IMG/VR virus record: IMGVR_UViG_3300020473_000017
Strand: one strand, 5' to 3'
Length of the DNA stretch: 64,000 bases
From: a virus
Shown here: positions 62,601 to 64,000 of the stretch, in pieces
Numbering within the stretch: the first letter of the stretch is position 1
Layout of the letters: each line of letters begins with the position of its first letter
Notes under the pieces: model-generated
The model's database searches: none
Told to the model about the DNA's origin: nothing
Seen by the model: the letters and a program-made list of their open reading frames with translations, nothing else
Position numbers and translations under genes: made by a program

Positions 62601-64000
62601 TGTAATGGATGACCAGCATTGGTAGAATCACTAGTATCAAATCTATATGTATTGTTATCTAATAAAGTAAAGTCAGCTGCCTCAGTTGCACCAGAACCAG
62701 TATCAATGAAATACCTATTAACTCCACCAGCTAATGTATCTAATGTTGCAGTAGCATTTGAATTTCCACCTGTTATGGTATCTACTTGAGCATCTGAAAA
62801 TGTACCAGAAGCGTTATTAACAAATATAAAAGCATTACTTGTATCAACATATGTAACTGTTGCAGTTACACCAGAACTTGATCCAGTTACTGTCTCTCCT
62901 ACTTGGAAAGGTCCATTAGCAATACCAGAAATTGTTAACTTATCTCTAGCTGCTACTGTAACTGTATATGTTGCAGTTGGTGTATTACGTAAGGTTACAG
63001 CATAGGTTCCATCTAAGTATCCAGAACCACCATTAGTAAGAGTTCCTTGAAGACCTGGAATAACGAATGTAGCAGTTGCGGTTACACTTGGACTTCCACC
63101 AGTAAAGGTTACGTTTGGATATGAACCTGCGGTATAACCAGAACCAGCAACACTAATGTTTCCTTCAAGAGATTGAATACTAGCTTCTAAACTACCACCA
63201 GTACCACCACCTCCAGTAAATGTAAGTGTTGGTGCAGAAGTGTATCCTTCACCAGCAACAGAAAGAGTTACAGATGATACCCTACCTTCTTTCTCGTTAA
63301 GTACAGGAGTAAATTGTGCATCTACTAAAGCATCGCCTGTACCAGGACTTAATACTGGAAGATTTCTATATCCTAAACCTTGTCCAGTTAATGTAACTGA
63401 AGCAATAGGGAATCCAATAGTTGCAGTAGCAGTAGCACCAGATCCAGTTGTATCTCCAGCACCAAGGGTAAATCCTACTGTTGGTGCAGATGTATATACA
63501 CCACCTTGACCAACTGTTATAGTATCAACTGCAAATCCTAAATCTACTGCAAGAACACAACCAGCACCTGATCCAGAATCAGTTACTGTAACAGCAGGTG
63601 CGTTTTGGTATCCAGAACCAACATCAGTAACAGTGACACTATCAACAACACCAGCAGTTTGACCAAGAGTTATAGTTGCAGTAGTACCAATAAGGAATTG
63701 ATCTAATGTACCTGTGCTAGTAATATCAATTTCAGTTCCAGCGTTAGCATTAACCAAACTAGTTGCTAATTTAACAAAATCTTTATCTACTCTAATAGCA
63801 AAATATGAACCATTATGAGCAAGTCCACCAGGAGCAGTTGCAGCTGCATTTTGAGTTTGTGAATCTAGAGTACAAACCATCCCAGTCTCAAAGGAATGGT
63901 TCTCAATACGAATAGTATTATTAGTTACATCTACAGTATTTTGCTGAACATTATTAGCATCATTATATGTACCATCACCAACATAAATGTTTTGTTGAGG
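59621..64000 (-). CDS. Large virion structural protein (baseplate/fibre region), 5'-truncated by the window
   Basis: Frame stays open from 63880 to 64000 (PQQNIYVGDG...); GxGY..PTVT repeats, cupredoxin-like insert, GAIRYNT..QFEGYNG..SLGGVRDVDQDTYI motif of cyanophage structural proteins. Confidence 0.85.
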   Translation of the reverse strand, partial: PQQNIYVGDGTYNDANNVQQNTVDVTNNTIRIENHSFETGMVCTLDSQTQNAAATAPGGLAHNGSYFAIRVDKDFVKLATSLVNANAGTEIDITSTGTLDQFLIGTTATITLGQTAGVVDSVTVTDVGSGYQNAPAVTVTDSGSGAGCVLAVDLGFAVDTITVGQGGVYTSAPTVGFTLGAGDTTGSGATATATIGFPIASVTLTGQGLGYRNLPVLSPGTGDALVDAQFTPVLNEKEGRVSSVTLSVAGEGYTSAPTLTFTGGGGTGGSLEASIQSLEGNISVAGSGYTAGSYPNVTFTGGSPSVTATATFVIPGLQGTLTNGGSGYLDGTYAVTLRNTPTATYTVTVAARDKLTISGIANGPFQVGETVTGSSSGVTATVTYVDTSNAFIFVNNASGTFSDAQVDTITGGNSNATATLDTLAGGVNRYFIDTGSGATEAADFTLLDNNTYRFDTSDSTNAGHPLQIIAVPDLTTRQYGTPGDAGSYFEVVLASVSGTTATATYSCTVHGTGMSENAVITFASGALGDAGDQMTASLVVASGIVTTVTITSQGTNYQIGDVLLADDVDLGGQGGAGFQYTLQTNTTGITSVTDISLDGAGYAIGDVLSVDDSTVGGGGGAGFQYTVTNVGFCTALAVAAEGTAYEAADTLILGPVGGANVAQGNGLTATLATINSTKQLEMSQLGVLTLGPTGATQLVLNPDGQVSSGSWSISGSGSAAFTGVSGTTANFSGVITAQSTSTFTGLATFNGGITTAGVTTLVNTTASLADGAAASPTLNFDNSLTTGLFRQAADVIGVSIAGVETFRLGADGYDGAKLQIDSTLGNVAPFFKVDPTANAVTIGPATNFLSIDNTNTIKVDGSNVDIPLNFETKGGGDFIFKGGTDKDFSITDGSSEKFKIETLTGDVTVSGNLDAGLLRILDNAIINNSTTATRSFGQILATSVTGSGSGYTDGTYTATATTSNGVGTGCTVTVTVAGGDFSAVTVVGKGQNYAVGDTLTIAAVGGGTGRTVNITDVDGLGVELKPSAGFDVLCNTTGSLIVPSGTTNERPNALDRRPGAIRYNTTQLQFEGYNGTDFVSLGGVRDVDQDTYILTESAPGSDEDTFEFFAQGQNNLAISKDTMTFKGNMTSVVYPNTSFTHTIPNSFNIDGTSSSLNPLNIKSSNSTLFSIRSQQDVEITGGLRLRNVPSQGVVATLDAATLTQVATSYTPSQSFTGLATTAQVEGTGLTVDVTTDGNGTVTAVAINAGGTTYQVGEVITIAGTLLGGLSPSQDVTIKVDTISGGSAPYARNDVLLQNFITRLDNKFFIDLDANGSEALWKINKNWGAGGAASYQTVFDSTADFMELDDCRVEGGQMTTFTSNASITAFDKTAYKGAKTLITVESDDGKVHMFEVTAICAAGGTVAHATVTNSITSDNDLMDATVSVAANAVNISLNKSSAATTSTSFTGRYTTTKVKV

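Noticed and set aside
122-63509. All plus-strand ORFs in the track (e.g. 4936-5445, 10484-10936, 19667-20095, 43300-43662)
   Set aside because: They are antisense shadows of well-supported minus-strand genes, with no recognisable motifs or SD sites.
1-64000. tRNA, rRNA or known riboswitch genes
   Set aside because: Intergenic gaps are short and none showed a cloverleaf or a riboswitch consensus I could recognise; an Infernal/tRNAscan run would be needed to exclude them formally.

Overview
64 kb of an AT-rich T4-like cyanomyovirus genome (Kyanoviridae-type; a Prochlorococcus/Synechococcus host is inferred from gene content). Essentially all genes lie on the minus strand. In transcription order (right to left): a giant virion protein running off the window end, a 177-aa structural protein, a 4421-aa fibre, an accessory block (three fibre-tip-like proteins, assembly-chaperone-like and coiled-coil proteins, a U32-family Fe-S enzyme/methyltransferase fusion, a class-III aminotransferase), a 1719-aa subtilase-Ig protein, the morphogenesis core gp13-gp23 and gp3, then uvsY, uvsW, gp55, gp47, gp46, a vWA/AAA+ ('CobT/CobS'-like) pair split by a ParB-like gene, gp45, gp44, dam, gp62, regA, DUF2997/DUF1257 and the 5' end of hsp20. 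Most notable: (1) a late-expressed fibre-tip plus tailoring-enzyme cassette; (2) recursively nested (Russian-doll) domain insertions up to five levels deep in the giant fibre; (3) a ROSE-like RNA thermometer in front of hsp20; (4) an insulated NtcA-box unit encoding a twin-CX3C microprotein right after gp23; (5) a ParB-like moron with its own promoter, palindrome and leader terminator; (6) type-1-copper-like motifs in two virion proteins; (7) a divergent antisense sigma70 promoter beside gp55. No tRNA, rRNA, CRISPR array, intron or intein was recognised. All family calls come from motif recognition and synteny by eye, not database searches.
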